From the NCBI RefSeq assembly GCF_000150275.1, contig NW_002060947.1:5196444-5260443 (forward strand): a stretch of 64,000 bases of DNA, read 5' to 3'. Below are positions 1 to 15,100 of this stretch, in pieces. The position numbers and the translations under genes are program-made. This stretch comes from Trichoplax adhaerens. Lineage: Eukaryota; Animalia; Placozoa. The notes below the pieces were generated by a model. It ran no database searches and was not told the DNA's origin. It was given only the letters and a program-made list of their open reading frames with translations. Positions within the stretch are counted from its first letter, which is position 1. The number at the start of each line of letters is the position of its first letter.

Positions 1-159
1 CACTGTGAAGCCTATTGTCAATAGCTCATTAACTGACAGCATTACAATTAGTTCTCAAGGCGTAAATTAATTATCTATCATATTTTAAGAGTAAAAATGA
101 TTTTAAACTCGTACTAGAACTATACCGTAAACTAATAATTTCTATTTCAAATGATCTAG

Positions 160-3100
160 CCTCAGCTTTGTGGTGCATAGATGTTAAATATTGCAAGTGC
201 GACCAGAAAAATACAACAATAATGTGTTCAAATTTCGAAATGAAAGAGATTCCAACTGGAAATGCTATAGTTACCACCGTTGGTGATCTGTAAGTAATAT
301 ATAGAAAGGAACTTAAATTTATTATAATATTATGTGGAATTAGAAACAGACACGCATATTTAAAGTTATAGAATTGCATCGACAATTATTGATAGATCTA
401 CGATTATGATGTCATATGCCCACGCCTATTTTAGAAATTAAGCAATAAAGATATATTTAATCTAGATTTAGAAGTTTGGTAACAGGCTGCATTATACAAC
501 CAGTAATGAGAAATATCGATTGAAAGATAATCATACTGAAATAGTTACTATACCATAGACATTTTTGAAAATATCCCTTACGTTTATGCGTTACTGCAGC
601 ATGAACATTATAGTTAATTATTTCACCAGGCTAGTGTAACGTAATTGGAAATCTACAGATACCTCATAACTCTAAGCTCTTAGCCAAAAGTAGAATTGAA
701 ATAGTCACGGCAATAAATGATCGGTAACTGTCACTATCATCGATAGATGCCGTTTTTAGTATTAATGTAAATATTAAATACTATTCGATTTTTAACGATA
801 CCACACTTATCTAGGATATTGGTAAATAATTCTAAATTTTAAATGATATTAAAATCAATTAAAGAAACATTATATTACTATCATTTCAATTTTAAAAAAT
901 TTGGGATAAGAATTTCTGAGAAATACGATATTTCCAATTTAAGCAATTTATAGAGAATGCTTTAAATTATCACTAACCTTGCACTTCAATCAGGTCAATA
1001 ACCGAAACTGGAATCAAAATTATCAGAAATTACAGCTTTATTCAATATCCGAACCTTTCAAAAGTGTAAGCTAATGTCTCACATCTTTCATTGTCTGATT
1101 TTGAAAATTATACACAGATTGTCACAAACCAGCTTGGTGACGAGGATAACGTAAAATAAATATCTAAATCTCTAAAAATCTGCGGATTCAGTACCCCTAC
1201 TCACAAGAATTTAGACGCCTTTGATTCTACGTTAAACTCAACTAGACAATTGAGAACTACTTTATTAAACTATCTGATGGGTTTATATACCCTTCTACTG
1301 TAGCTAACATTCATGAGTCATCTTATAAAAATACTAAGGTGAGAACATCTACTAACTAAGAGTCATCTTATAAAAATACTTAAGTGAGAACATCTACTAA
1401 CTAATTTTTCACAGTCGGAAATACAATATGTCCTTTCTCAGAATCATTTCAGTGCACATTACAGTACAACATTACATTTACTGTAACAAATTTATAATTA
1501 GAATAATTCCTATTGTAAGTAACTAATTGTGATATATTATCACTATATTATATTCACCAAATTTAGATAGCTATTTCTTCACGGTAGTTCGTACCTGACA
1601 CTGATACAAAACAACCTGAACCGCGTATGAGGGAGCAGTATCTACTCTTTCAGGAACACTTTTCCTATACTAGTAGACTACAAAAAGACTTAGACGCCTC
1701 GTATCTTACGTTAAAGATTAAGCATAAGAACTAACTTTATTACACGATTTTTTGCATTTATATACTCTTTTGCAATGGCAAAGATATCCTAGTTAGTAAT
1801 ATTAACGTTGAAACTTGATAATGAATTAAAAACTAATTTTATCTACTGCTACCTAATGAAGATAACAGTATTTGTGAACATAGACATCGAATGACTAATA
1901 CAAAATTGTAAGATTATAATATGTCCTATCACGTAACATTTCTACAATAATCTAAAATCTACCATAAGTAAATTACAATCACAGTGATTTGAATTATAAG
2001 AAGATTATTCTCGATTCCCTAATTAAACTACTAATTTCAGTAATGTCTGTATATATCACTATAAAAGCTAGTGCTATATTTAAATATCACACATCTAAAT
2101 TAGAAACTCTCCATATAAGGGTAAATCAACAAAATTATCCTAGCATAAATGTTTCTACTATAATTTCGATATCATAGTGCATAACACTGTAACATACGCC
2201 TATCCTGTCAAATAAAATCAGCTAAGATACGTTTAGTATTCCTTTTTAAGCTAAAAATACGATGAGTTTCTTTTCCGAACATTTTATTAGTAAACTTATG
2301 AAAATTAAGTGACATATATCCTATAGCTTGTTGTTATGGTGTTGCGTAGTCATTAGGATAGTTTAATAAGTACAGTAGTAGCTAGTATGGAGAATATCCA
2401 TATTTGTAGTGCTAGGTAAGATAAGTAATGCCTTAACGTGGATGTTGTTTGTAATAGTTCATTACATATTTGATATTGATTGTTATTGTGTGATAGATAG
2501 CAGTAAGATGATTCAAGTTCTAGTTAATGATAGTTGTATTAGACAACCTTCGAGCTTAGATTAAGATTAAGTATGAGCAAGAGATTCAAAATATTTACTG
2601 ATAGAAAAGCTATGTAAGGAACATCTCAGTTCGAGACGTTTCTCCTAGTAAGGTATAATACCAACACTGTTGTTGTTTACAAATTAGACGGTTCCTATAT
2701 GAACGGGAACATTTGAGTTCAGTGGTGGTAAAAAGTTGTAGATGTATCTTTGCTAATAATAGTTTCATCTTTACAGTGTTTTGCTGTGTGTCTTTAACGT
2801 TAAGTAAAAGGGCATTTAAGCCAGTAGCTACTTATAGACTTTTACTGTACGTTACCTTGTCGCAGAAGTGAAATTGTGACACTTGTGTACCGAATATGTA
2901 ATTCTTTCATGTCTTACTATTAAGACATAATAACTAGTTTTAACAAAGCGTGTAGATCTGTCTATAGACAGATCTACACGCTTACATTAAATTTATTTCA
3001 TTAGAAAATATTAGAAGTAACTAGAGAGTTACTGAACGCAAAACTAAACCACAGCTGATATATTACCAACAAGTAACAAGATTAAATCTAATCTATGAAT

Positions 3101-6100
3101 TTACGATCTTTCTAGCTCTCTTTGGCTTAGCTTATATAGCCTTTGATATTGTCCAATTTAGCCAGTAATATTCAAGTGTACATATATATTTTAAGACAAT
3201 TACACTATGTAAAGAACCATATATAAATCTTGATAATTAAGACTAACGATAGTCGTTACATGAACGATAAATACCTAAACAAGAACTTAATACTCAATAT
3301 CGATTATCTATCTTTGACTTATTCTTTAGGACAATGTCAAGCAATAAAATCAGTTTTATTGAAGATGATGCTTTTAAAGGATTGAAAAATTTGCGAGTTT
3401 TGTACGGCAGAAGAAAAAATTACCTAATCTTATTTCTATTATAATGGATGTAAAACTAATCTTATTTTCAGTCACGCAAGAAATGTTATTAATTTCAGTT
3501 TAATTCATAATTTTCGCATTAGTATCTTATAATTGCAAAGATTAATTTTTCCATTACTAATTGAGTAGATATCAATTAGATTTTAGTTAATTCGAAGTTA
3601 TCGTAACACAAATTTGGCCATATTTTCCGAATATACTGACTTTGTTTTGAAAAATATTTCATCAAAACTGAATAGAGATCTAAGCCAAAATCGGATAACG
3701 TCCCTTTCAGCCAATGTATTTGAAGGTTTAATGTTCCTGAGCTCAATGTATGAAATTTATGATGCATTTTCATAGATGCTTGTGATAACATATTTAGTAC
3801 AGTACATAACATTGTAATCGCCTGTGATTATTATGAGGCTCATCTTTAATGGTTTCTAATTTCAATTTAGGTCCTTGAGATTTAACAGACTGAAACGTGT
3901 TGATGCTGTTGTTTGGAAACATTTAAGCGGTCTCATTAATTTGTAAGCGCACATATAAAGCCATGGATTAATATAAATAATAAAATAGTCTTAATATATC
4001 ACCTAGAATACCATTTTATTTTGAAAAAAGATATTTAGATACTGTCGGAACAGCGTATTCATTTATTTGTAGATTTTAAATGAAACACGTAAAAATACCA
4101 ATTGATTTTTTAGACGAATATCAGGCAATCAGTTTACTTCGGCTGAAGATATAGGCCTCGCTGGATTAATTAATTTACGTATATTGTAAGTAATGTTTTA
4201 GCTTCAACGTTATATTGTAGAAAGCATAGAGAGGTATAAGTGTGAACCTATAGAATTATATTTTATGACTATGAAAATTTGCATTTATTACCATCTAACT
4301 TAACACTTAATTGGCAGTACATTTTACTTATCGTAGGCTTATTTTTAATAGAATTTTAGTTTTTATAACGTAAGAATATCTATAAAATTATCTTTTGTAA
4401 ATTGATACCGAATTGGAATAACAATCTAAGTTTTACTGTAAATGTAATCCCTTGGAATGTTAATTTAGATTCCTGCAGTTCAATCGCCTGAAATCCTTCA
4501 ACTGTTCAGACTTTTCAGATGCACGCTTCTTACAGAATTTGTGAGTGGTTTGCAGATTTATAATGGCATCAAACTTCGAATTTCTATGAAATTACAAATA
4601 TTAAAAAATTTTTGGCGGTTTATTTGATGTGACCTTTTGTAGGCATTTGTCAGCAAATTTTATACAAGAAATTAACCCTGAAAATATGAATTGCCAAATT
4701 CCACTGAGCACATTGTAGGTTAAAGCTTTTACAGCAATCAAAATTGCTACAGAGAACAATACTAGATTTTTACTATAGATCCATAAATCCTTATTAAAAT
4801 GAGACGAATTTTTAGTTTGGGTTGATTTATACAGTTATAAATTAACATTCTAACAAAGACAGTATGCTATTTTGCATTCCTTCCTGAAATTGCCTAGGGT
4901 AACTATCAATAGCTAAAAGTTGATTTAGATAGGCGAATTGGCTATGTTATAAAATCCATCTCGAAATTTCAAAATTTGCAGAAAATTAGAACTTTATCAG
5001 ATCATTATCCAAAGATAACCTACTCATAACGCTTCTCTAGGGGAACATTGCTACTAGAAAGACTTCTTGAAAAACTCATCGAATATTTTAAACTTATCTG
5101 CTTGCTTGCTTTCTGTAGTGCTTACGGGCACAATCTCCATGTTAATATCCTACCGTATTTTTAAATTGTTTGTATTTAAATATATGCGTATAAAACGGTC
5201 CGTTTATACGTAAAGTCATTAAAAGGGTATTCCAAGTATCATAAGCAGGATATTATAACTAATTACTAGCTTAACGATAAATGCAGGGAGCTATGCTACC
5301 ATACATCATACCATACATGGCTAATAATAATATAAAATCCAATTCTAAGTTATGTTAGAGGCTGTTAAAAGAACTACATTTTAGTATTACTGCACATGGC
5401 ATTTAATAAAATTTCAATTGAAAGGTAGTAAGTATTCTCTTTACTCTTGAGGCAATATAAATGTATCTGATGTAGATAAAAATTATTATATATAGCTACA
5501 ACCTTAATGATAGTTAATCATTTATTTATACCTAGCCTATGCTTATTTCGATAATAACTATAGAGAGTTGGATGGCAACAGAATTCGTTATTTAAGAAAT
5601 GGAACATTTGCTTCTTTATCTTCCTTGAAGATACTGTGCGTTAAGATCTAGTTTAGATGAAAGCAAACATAAAGCTTTCATATGTGTTAATTACGTTAGG
5701 GATTGATATGAATTAGGATAATGACTTTTTCATCGCTAAATGTATAGAAATTTGGCTTTTAATTCTATTTACTCAATGGAAGTGGCTGCTTTTAGTGATG
5801 GTCATAAATTAAGAAATCTGTATGTATCTTTACGTTATTAAATTTTCCTTTATGTAAATGATTTCGAAAGAATTCAAGATGCTTTTAATTGTACTAAATC
5901 TCTCATTATCTAATTGCTCAAAATAGATATATGAGTAACAATAAATTAAAAATACTGGATGGAAGGTTTTTTAAGAGACTTCCCCGTTTGCGAATATTGT
6001 AAGTATACTAGATGTAAATTATTGATCTTAGAATCATAAACTTAATTCTAATAATATATATTCTTCCGCTATAATTAATGGATAGCTATGCAAGAAATAA

Positions 6101-9100
6101 TCAAATTCACAGCATCATAAATGATGGATTTAAAGAAAATTCAAGAATGGGAACCATGTTAGTTTTTGCCTTAGATTATAGCATTCTCTTTCAGATTGTA
6201 GCTGATGCTGTTTTCGAATGGGTGTAAAATTTTATTTTAAGAATTAGAAATTTGATAATAGAAGTAGAAAATAAACTTTTCACGTTGCATCTTTTCTCAG
6301 AATCTTGACTTCAAACAATTTAAAGGAAGTGGCAAAAGATGATTTTGCTAATTTGAAAAGTCTGATTGATCTGTAAGCTAGATTTACAAATGGGTTGAAT
6401 AGATAATCGATTTTAGATCGATTATTATTATCACCGCTTCATAATAGTAGTTATACATATTTTATTTAGAAATTTATCCGAAAATAATATTAGTAAGATC
6501 GACTACAGAGCTTTTGAAGGATTATCAAATTTAAAAAGATTGTAAGTATTAATCGCAGTGCAACCGTTATTGCTCACTTACATATCTCAAAAAAATTAAT
6601 TGCGCAGTTTTTATTTTGTTCATTCTTTTGTAAAAAGAAGTACGTTGTTGAATATGAAAGTGCACAAGTCATTATACGTATTACTAACTATTAAGTTGCT
6701 ATCATTTTTCCGGTAATAAGATACTTTTTACGACTTTGCATGGTCGTTATTAGAATTTCATTAATTGAAATTTATTAAACATAGATTGAGATTATATTAT
6801 TAAGGAAAATGACGTTTTTCAAATATGATGTCTTAAAGACACCCTAAATTGTAAATTTATCTAGATAGAATTAAAGGAATGAGATTATAAAGTTATAAAA
6901 GCTTATCAGTATCCTCTTAGCTTTCTATCTGCTATTACCTCAATGAACGCCTTAATCTCGAAGAAATAAACCTCACATCAACTGCTATAGTAATATACCG
7001 TATTATAGACATCCCTGAAATATAATTAATTACTGTAGTACTATTTTTGATTACCGATATTTACGCCCATACTGAAAATGAGCTTTATAAAGAACGACAT
7101 TTATGCTTACATTCTATCATTTATGAGCTAGATAATATGAAATTTAATAAATGTTATGCTTAATAATACTGATCTTTATTGTCAGATTCTATAAAAAATA
7201 CAAGCGTATATATTGAAAAGTGAAACTTATAAAAATTCTAATCGCAATTTTAATTCCTCAACTATACTTAGGCGCCTAAATGGGAATCCTATTGGCAATC
7301 TATCCATGGAGAATTTGAAAGACCTATCTTCGCTTGAAAATCTGTAAGTAAAAACTTTAATATTTATTTTAGTTTTTAATGGATGGATGAATTTTTCACT
7401 TATCTATGATTCTAGAGAGTTAAAAAATATCCCCAATTTGGTTATTCACCTGAAACCTTTTAGTGCCCCACCATCTGGACCTCTCAAATTGTAAATAATA
7501 ATATACCATTTTTTCAGCTCTTTAAATTATAGATGCGGTCTATGGAGACATATATATCTATATTAACTATTTTATAAATTTTATTTTGTCTATGGCAACA
7601 ATTTTTATAGCTATTTAACAGATTCTATAATAAACTTTATTGATGAAATGGCTTTTGCAAATTTCTCAGCTATGGAATATTTGTAAGTAAACATGTTTAA
7701 CTATAATTCGAAAAATATGAAAAATATATGAAGTTAATAGTCACATTAGTAAGGTTTTGTGGTTATCTAAAGTTTTCATATAATACAAATTGATTTTCAT
7801 GTCTCTATGTTTCTAATAACAAAGCCACTACCATAGCCCGCTGTGATAAAGTGAACCAAAATAAATCAAGAGCTACAGTTTCTAGTACATTTCAATTTAT
7901 TACATAGGTTCGGTTCGTCTAATCTCTACAATAGACACCAATTTTAGAAAATTACGGCTGAATTAAAAATAATCCATATCATTCATTCTTAGCGTCATTT
8001 CTTTAGCTATTAACATTATGAAGCGCTATTATAAATGATTTTTTAGCTCCATTTTTCTCCCAATGTCAGACATCTAGCCAATTAAATTAAATATATAACT
8101 GATTGTCTCAAAACAGCTTTGTAACCAGATAACGTAATGTACGATAATTAGTCAATTCCTTGAACCACGTATCAAGGAACGATATCTGCACTATCAGGAA
8201 TACTTTTGCTCTACTAGCAGACTATATAAAGATTTAGATGCCTCGTATTTTACGTTAAACAATAAGTTTAAGAATTAACTCTATTACACAATATATCGTG
8301 TTTATATACTTTTCCTCAATAGTTCTTTGGAATCATTCTCTGAATTAGACATTAATTTTAGCTACTACTCCCTAATTCAGACAACAGTATTTACCAACAT
8401 AGACATCTAATGACTCATACAGAATAGTCAGATTACGATACGTCCTATCGCGGAACATTTCCACGATAATTTACAATCTACTATAAGTAAATTACAATCA
8501 CAATGATTCGAACCGTAAGTAGATAATTCGCATTCCCTAATATAGCTATTAATTTCAGTATATGTATAACATATATCTGTCACATATAGCCAGTGCTGTA
8601 TTAAAAACTCAGTATATCCAAATTAGAAGTTAACTAAATAAGGATAGGCTAACAAAATTATCTTAACATAGACATTTGTACTCTAATACAGTATATAACA
8701 CTGTCACACTGATTAACTAGAATTATTCTTTGATATTAGGAATATGGGGTCTACCGGATTAAGATATTTTCCCAATACCTTACTATCGACTAACCAGGAA
8801 AGCGCCTTGAAAGAACTGTAATGCGATGTTATTTATTGAATTACGCAAGAATAAACATATTTATTGTCCATCTCGAAAAAATTCTAGAATTACAAGAGCA
8901 TGTTAGCCATATATTCTTAAAAGCTGATTACAGTCGCATAATCTACTACAATAAACTAGTTGCAGTGTATTTACGGTCTTAATTCTACAGTCTGAGTAAT
9001 AAATACAGCGAGTTCATGAGTTTGTTCTTGATTATTTTAGCTATTTATACCAAAATCTCATCGAATCGCTTCAAAGTAACTCATTTCATGGATTAACCAA

Positions 9101-12100
9101 GCTTCAAAAGTTGTAAGTCTTATGGTATTGCATTCAAATAATCATGACCATTTACGGTATTCGTGGACAATCGAATAATGATATCAAATCAAGACCTAAA
9201 GATAACTCTTCAGCCATTTTTATTTAGGTATTTAGATGATAATTTTCTTACAAGAATTTGTAATTCTTCCTTTGATACATTAACCGCTTTGGATACGTTG
9301 TAAGTTTCGAGTCTTCGAGTTTGAAAATTTTAATTTGTATAAAGATCAACCCAATATTAGAAATTTGAAATTTATTAAGCTAATTTCAAAACTATAATCT
9401 TTATGGCTAATTTTTTCAGAATGATAAGAAATAATAATATGACACATTTGTCTGAATATCAGTTTTCTGGAATGCCAAATGTTTTTAGAATGTAAGCAAA
9501 TATGTTCAATTCTGGGAAATATTTTAATTCTAATAAATTTTCAATCTGAAGAATCATTACCATATATCATGGTAAGAGCGAAATAGACATGTTTATGTAT
9601 ATTGATATACTCCGAAAATAGATCATTATCATCCAACCAACTTTGTTGTATACATCCCAATACTTTTGCAAATTTAACACGCTTGACCAGCCTGTAAGTT
9701 ATAAATGATAATTTACGTCATTACTCCAGGATAAACATATTTTAATTCAGTTGATAGCAATTTAAGTCTCAAAAATCATAAAAATACATTATTGAAGGCC
9801 TGTTAATAATTCGGCCTATATTACAATTAAGAACGATTTAATTTATCAATTTTCGCGATATACTCACAGTGAAATTTTATTCTGTCAGAGATCTGTCGGA
9901 CAATGTTATTAGCGATATACAGGGTTTTCAAATACCAGATCTTAAGGCTTTAACATTATTGTAAGGACCGTATTGAGACTTTTATCTAAACCGTATTGAT
10001 TAAGATAACTAAATAAATGCAATATTTTATTTAGGATGCTAAATGAGAATCAAATATCAAAAGTCTTGAATGGTTCCTTCTCGGGCTTGAAAAGTTTAAA
10101 GAAGTTGTAAGTACAGCATTCTTGTCAGATAATTTTGTAAATATTTATTCGTCAATTAGCCCACAGATTCTGATTGGTCACAACCTATCGATTACTGACT
10201 AATGTTGGTATAATTTTAACTATCGAAAGGCAATCACCATTCCTTGGATAATTTCATTATCACCTTTTGTACCATATTAATAATCATTCATAGTAATACA
10301 ATACATGCATCAATTAGTTTATCATGGGTATAGTATACAAGAAATGCCATTGATATATTAGCTGCTAAGGCTTGATCTTAATAATTTTTTTGCTTTCAGC
10401 ATCAGCTTATGAAAATCTATTAATGTCTTAGGTAGTTGTAGGTTTGATACCAATCAATTACACATAACACCAAGACAGTACTTGCATTACTCATATTACG
10501 AACATTAAATCTAAACGGACAAAGCGATAGTATTCTATATGCATTTTTGTATAAAGAAAGCGATATATATATATATATATGTTATATATATATACTTAAA
10601 TTTTCCGTATGTCAATTTGCTTTTTTTTCCAAAAAGTAACCTGTAAAGCTTGACCGTATAGAGATAAATGCATGTTAAAAGTATTACGCTGATTATACTC
10701 TAAATTATTGATTTCAGCAAAGTTTTATTAGAATTTAATAAAGATTACAAATTTTAAGTTATACTACGTGCTTACTTATTTTGTTAGGGTTTTACGAACT
10801 AACAGAATATCTTATATTGCACATGCAGCCTTTGAAGGACTAATTCAAATACAAGACATGTATGTAAAGACATTATATGGCTATTAGTAGCAATTTCGCT
10901 TATATGTTAACTTTTGTATATGTAACGGAAATAATCTTTAATAATTCTTAGACGCTTGGACGGAAACTGGATTGTCTCTGTTGCAATAGATATATTTAGT
11001 ACCGGAGCGCCGCTAATAAATTATGTGTTGGTTGCATTAAATACCCACGAATTATAAATAGACGATTATAAAATTTATTTTTGATACAGATTTATTGACG
11101 TAGTTCAAGTATATCACTAGTAATCTAAAGCACTAGTATCATAGTATGTAAAAATTCATTGTCAATTAAGAACTGAAAGTAAACAGTAAAAATATCTGTA
11201 AAATAATATTCAATCTCTTTATTTCAAAGCAAAAATTTTCTAATCCATTTCTTATCATAGCATGCTTGACTAAATCATCTGAATTATTTTACTTTTAGAG
11301 GTCTATCAAAAAATAAAATTAAGTCTGTCCAGTTAATTAATACTAGCTTCAGCTTAATTCAGCATTTGTAAGTTATAATTTGCTAAAGTTCTGGCGCTAT
11401 TTTAATTTTGGATTTGTCTCTCATAAATTTTAGCTACCGTATTGTATTTCTATACTATTGCAAAAGTGTGTTTTGAAATAAGTAAATTTTTTTCTTTAAA
11501 ACTGGTTATAAAAATAGAGACCTATCTCATAACGTTATCCGTAAATCTATTATACTATCCGGCAATAATCTTCAAAAGCTGTAAGTATTAAATATTCTCC
11601 TGGTAATTAGTTAAGAAGTTGTTAATTATGTTGAGAATTTTAGTTAAATATGGCGGTCTTTGGTCATTTTTCTTCTGTTAATTGCAAAAATTGTATATAT
11701 ATTTAAAATTCTAGAAATCTTTCTGCAAATCGCATTGATCATGTCTCCGAATTGAAGAATCTTAATCTGTCGTTATTTGATAGCATGTGCGTATCAAATC
11801 TGCCGATCATAAAATATGTTATATATGTTAACTGATATCATAGTGAATTCCCAGCATGATTTCGCGTTCTACTGTATATTTAAAATAACGAGCTGCATCA
11901 GTAAAAAATAATAGTCACGGCAATTTCGTAAATTTTGTTGCCGAGCATTCATGATGCTCATCAATGGCCAAATGTAAAAATCCCCTTGATATTATTTATT
12001 AAATTTTGGAATGCAGTTACAATACTACAATAAAACCTTAAATAAGATTGTTGACAGTCTAAGATTGATAGCAACCAAGTCTAACTCTCCTAACAAGTTC

Positions 12101-15100
12101 TACCACACTAACAAGAATGCCTTAACGAATTTTTATCATTTTTTAAGTTAATAATATTTATACATTATATATGTATAATTTTACTATAAAATTCGCCATT
12201 AAAATTTATGAATCACAGAGACTTCAGCAACAATCGAATTTTAGACATTAATAATCAAATTATCCCAAATACTCAAGAATTTCCTAAAATAAGAGCATTG
12301 TAAGTTGACTATGAAATTATTACTTTAAATGGTTAGTACATAATGCTAAATTTCCTTTTTAAATATATTCAAAATATTTAAAATCTCTCATATATCATAG
12401 GTATATTAAAAGCAATAAACTAAATCAAATTCATCAACGGGCATTCCAGAACCTACAGAATTTGGAGATTTTGTAAGTAATCAAATACGAGATGCTAACA
12501 GTTATATTATCAGTGCAAAAAATTTCGTCTCCTTCAGTTGGATTTGATATGGTAATCATGTATTCTATCGGTAACTCTGTTTTCTGTTCCTTCAGAGACC
12601 TGCAAAATAACAACATCAGAGTTTTATCTTTTGCAGAGAATCTACGCAGTCTTGAGAAGCTGTGAGTTACCATTAATAGACTAATTAGATTATAGGCTTA
12701 TTTATAAACATAAGGAAAATTGGTCATTATCAAATAAAATAAAACCACTTAATTGTTGGGTTCACTTTTAGTATTATGGGCAAGAATAAGATTCAGCAGC
12801 TAAAATCACAATATTTTCAAAATCTAACAAATCTTACCGAACTGTAAGGAAAGCAATGACTGCAATTTATTTTATGTACATTATGCAATCTCCATTATTT
12901 AGCATGCGACTGGTAGATTTAATAATGTCGCCCAGATTTTGTAGAAGGGATTCAGTAACCACTATAATTTCTACATGTAATCTGCCAATATAGGGATGTA
13001 AGCTGCAATCAAATCAGACGATTAGAAAATCACATGTTTAAATCCTTAACAAAATTAAAATCGCTGTACGTACTACTTTCTGCCATAAAGCTGATTATTG
13101 CGACCAAAATATTTATAAATGGCTTTCTGAATTCTGTTGATGAAAACGAAATTCTAATTCCTATTCTTTGTTCTTGTATATAAATATTTTCATAGCAAAT
13201 TATCTGGTAATCGTATAGAATTAATTAAAACTCAAGCTTTTAATGGTTTGATTGCTCTAACTAATTTGTAAGTAAAGTTTTAACAATATTAACATTTTCA
13301 GCATTTTGTAAACTGTATGAATTATATTATTGATGCGAGGGTGCTTTGAGTAATTTAGTCTCAGTTTAGTCTAAGTGTAAAAATTGGACTACTTTTTTAA
13401 TTTAAATCTAGGCAACTGGAATATAATTTAATCCAATCAATTGATGGTATATTCAAGAATCATCTTCAGAATTTACAGACATTGTAAGTTGGATGATGAA
13501 ATCTAATTTGATCTGATTTTGTATATACCACTAAATAGTTGGTAGTAGTCCATTATCAGCTAGACTTTTACATGTGGAAATCTTAGAACAGATTAGTAGC
13601 TGACTTTAATCGACTTTGGCAAGTAATTTTTACAGTAAACTTGAATTAATACCGGCAATAGCAATATGAATGCGAGTTAATATAGTATTTAAATATCGAA
13701 TATGGGCGTTTGTTTTCATAGTAGCTCTAGAGAAGAATGTTATTTGTTTGTATTATAACAATAGCGAAGTAAAATATTACAGTCTTCGTTTAATTATTTA
13801 AAGAAGTTTAAACTGTATGCAGTCTCAAATAACTGCTGACATGCAACTATGGATAGCTTCAAGCCAACAATTTATGTACCTTAGAGGGCTAAAGAGCCAG
13901 ATTTCTGAAGTAATTTTCTTCATATTACAATGAATTTTAGGAACATATCTAATAATAAAATTACATCGATTGGAGGCTCCTCTTTCCTCTCCATGTCTTA
14001 CTTAGAACAGCTGTAAGTCTTAATAAAGTATTGACTACCTAAATATTTCATTTTATTTGAAATATGCAAAATAATTGATGGAATAGCGCTTTTATTGAAA
14101 GCTAACTTATTCAGCAAATTTGCTGACTTCAATATGCCCTATTCTATGTTAAAATAAATTAATTATCAAATAATTTGCAAGTCCATTTTTTGTATGAATA
14201 TATATCTGCAATGGCGAATATATGCAAATCTTTTTAAATAATATTTAAAAAGTGTATTCTTTCACGTGATTTATCGTTAACTAACCGTTGTTACTTTTCA
14301 ATTTCTAGCTGGCTTGATAATAATCAAATACCATCATTGCCAACTAATAGTTTCAACGGATTATCAAGTTTGATAATTATGTAATTTACATAATATGAAT
14401 ATTACGTAGCAATATTGGTGTAAAAACGTTACAGAATATTAACGATTGATTAATGTATTCGATATTTATTGATGTCTAGATCCTTAAGTGAAAACTTAAT
14501 TGGAAACCTTTCTTGCGAAAGCTTTACCAACCTAAATCAACTTGATGAACTGTAATTATTAATAGTGATAATTAGCTATCTACTAATATTTAAAGACGTT
14601 TAAATCGTTGAAAAATAATTTGACACTTAAAGCAGGAAATGCAATTTACATTAATTTGTTATCATATTAAATATTATCCAACCATTTTTTTCTATTAGAC
14701 GATTGGCATCAAATAATATATCGTTTATTCACCATAACTGCGCGTCAGTTTTCTCACGGTTAAATAAAATGTATGTCGAGTAATAACTTTCTGTAAAGGA
14801 GTTTCCAATAGCACTTCGTCTTGCATAAATTCAACTGTCTGACAAGCAGCCTACTCTTAAGCAGTATTTAGTTTTAAAAACCATCAGTAAATTTATCTTA
14901 TTTCATGATTCTATAGTGATTTCAATTTTAACAACTTAGTCCGAAATGGCATCAATATCAGCAATTCTATTCTCGATAGCTTGAGTGGATTCCCGTTCGA
15001 GCTGTAAGTTACAATTGTGCTAAAAATCACTTATCGTAGACTAAATATCGATATTGGAGATACGTTTACGCAATCTAATCTTGACACTAACTATATTCAT

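Noticed and set aside
71-385. 104-aa ORF on -, and similar short ORFs at 3576, 12434 and 17476
   Set aside because: Antisense shadows of LGR exons with no recognisable domains.
5187-5210. Small hairpin CGTATAAAACGG-T-CCGTTTATACG
   Set aside because: Short, imperfect and isolated; no supporting context.
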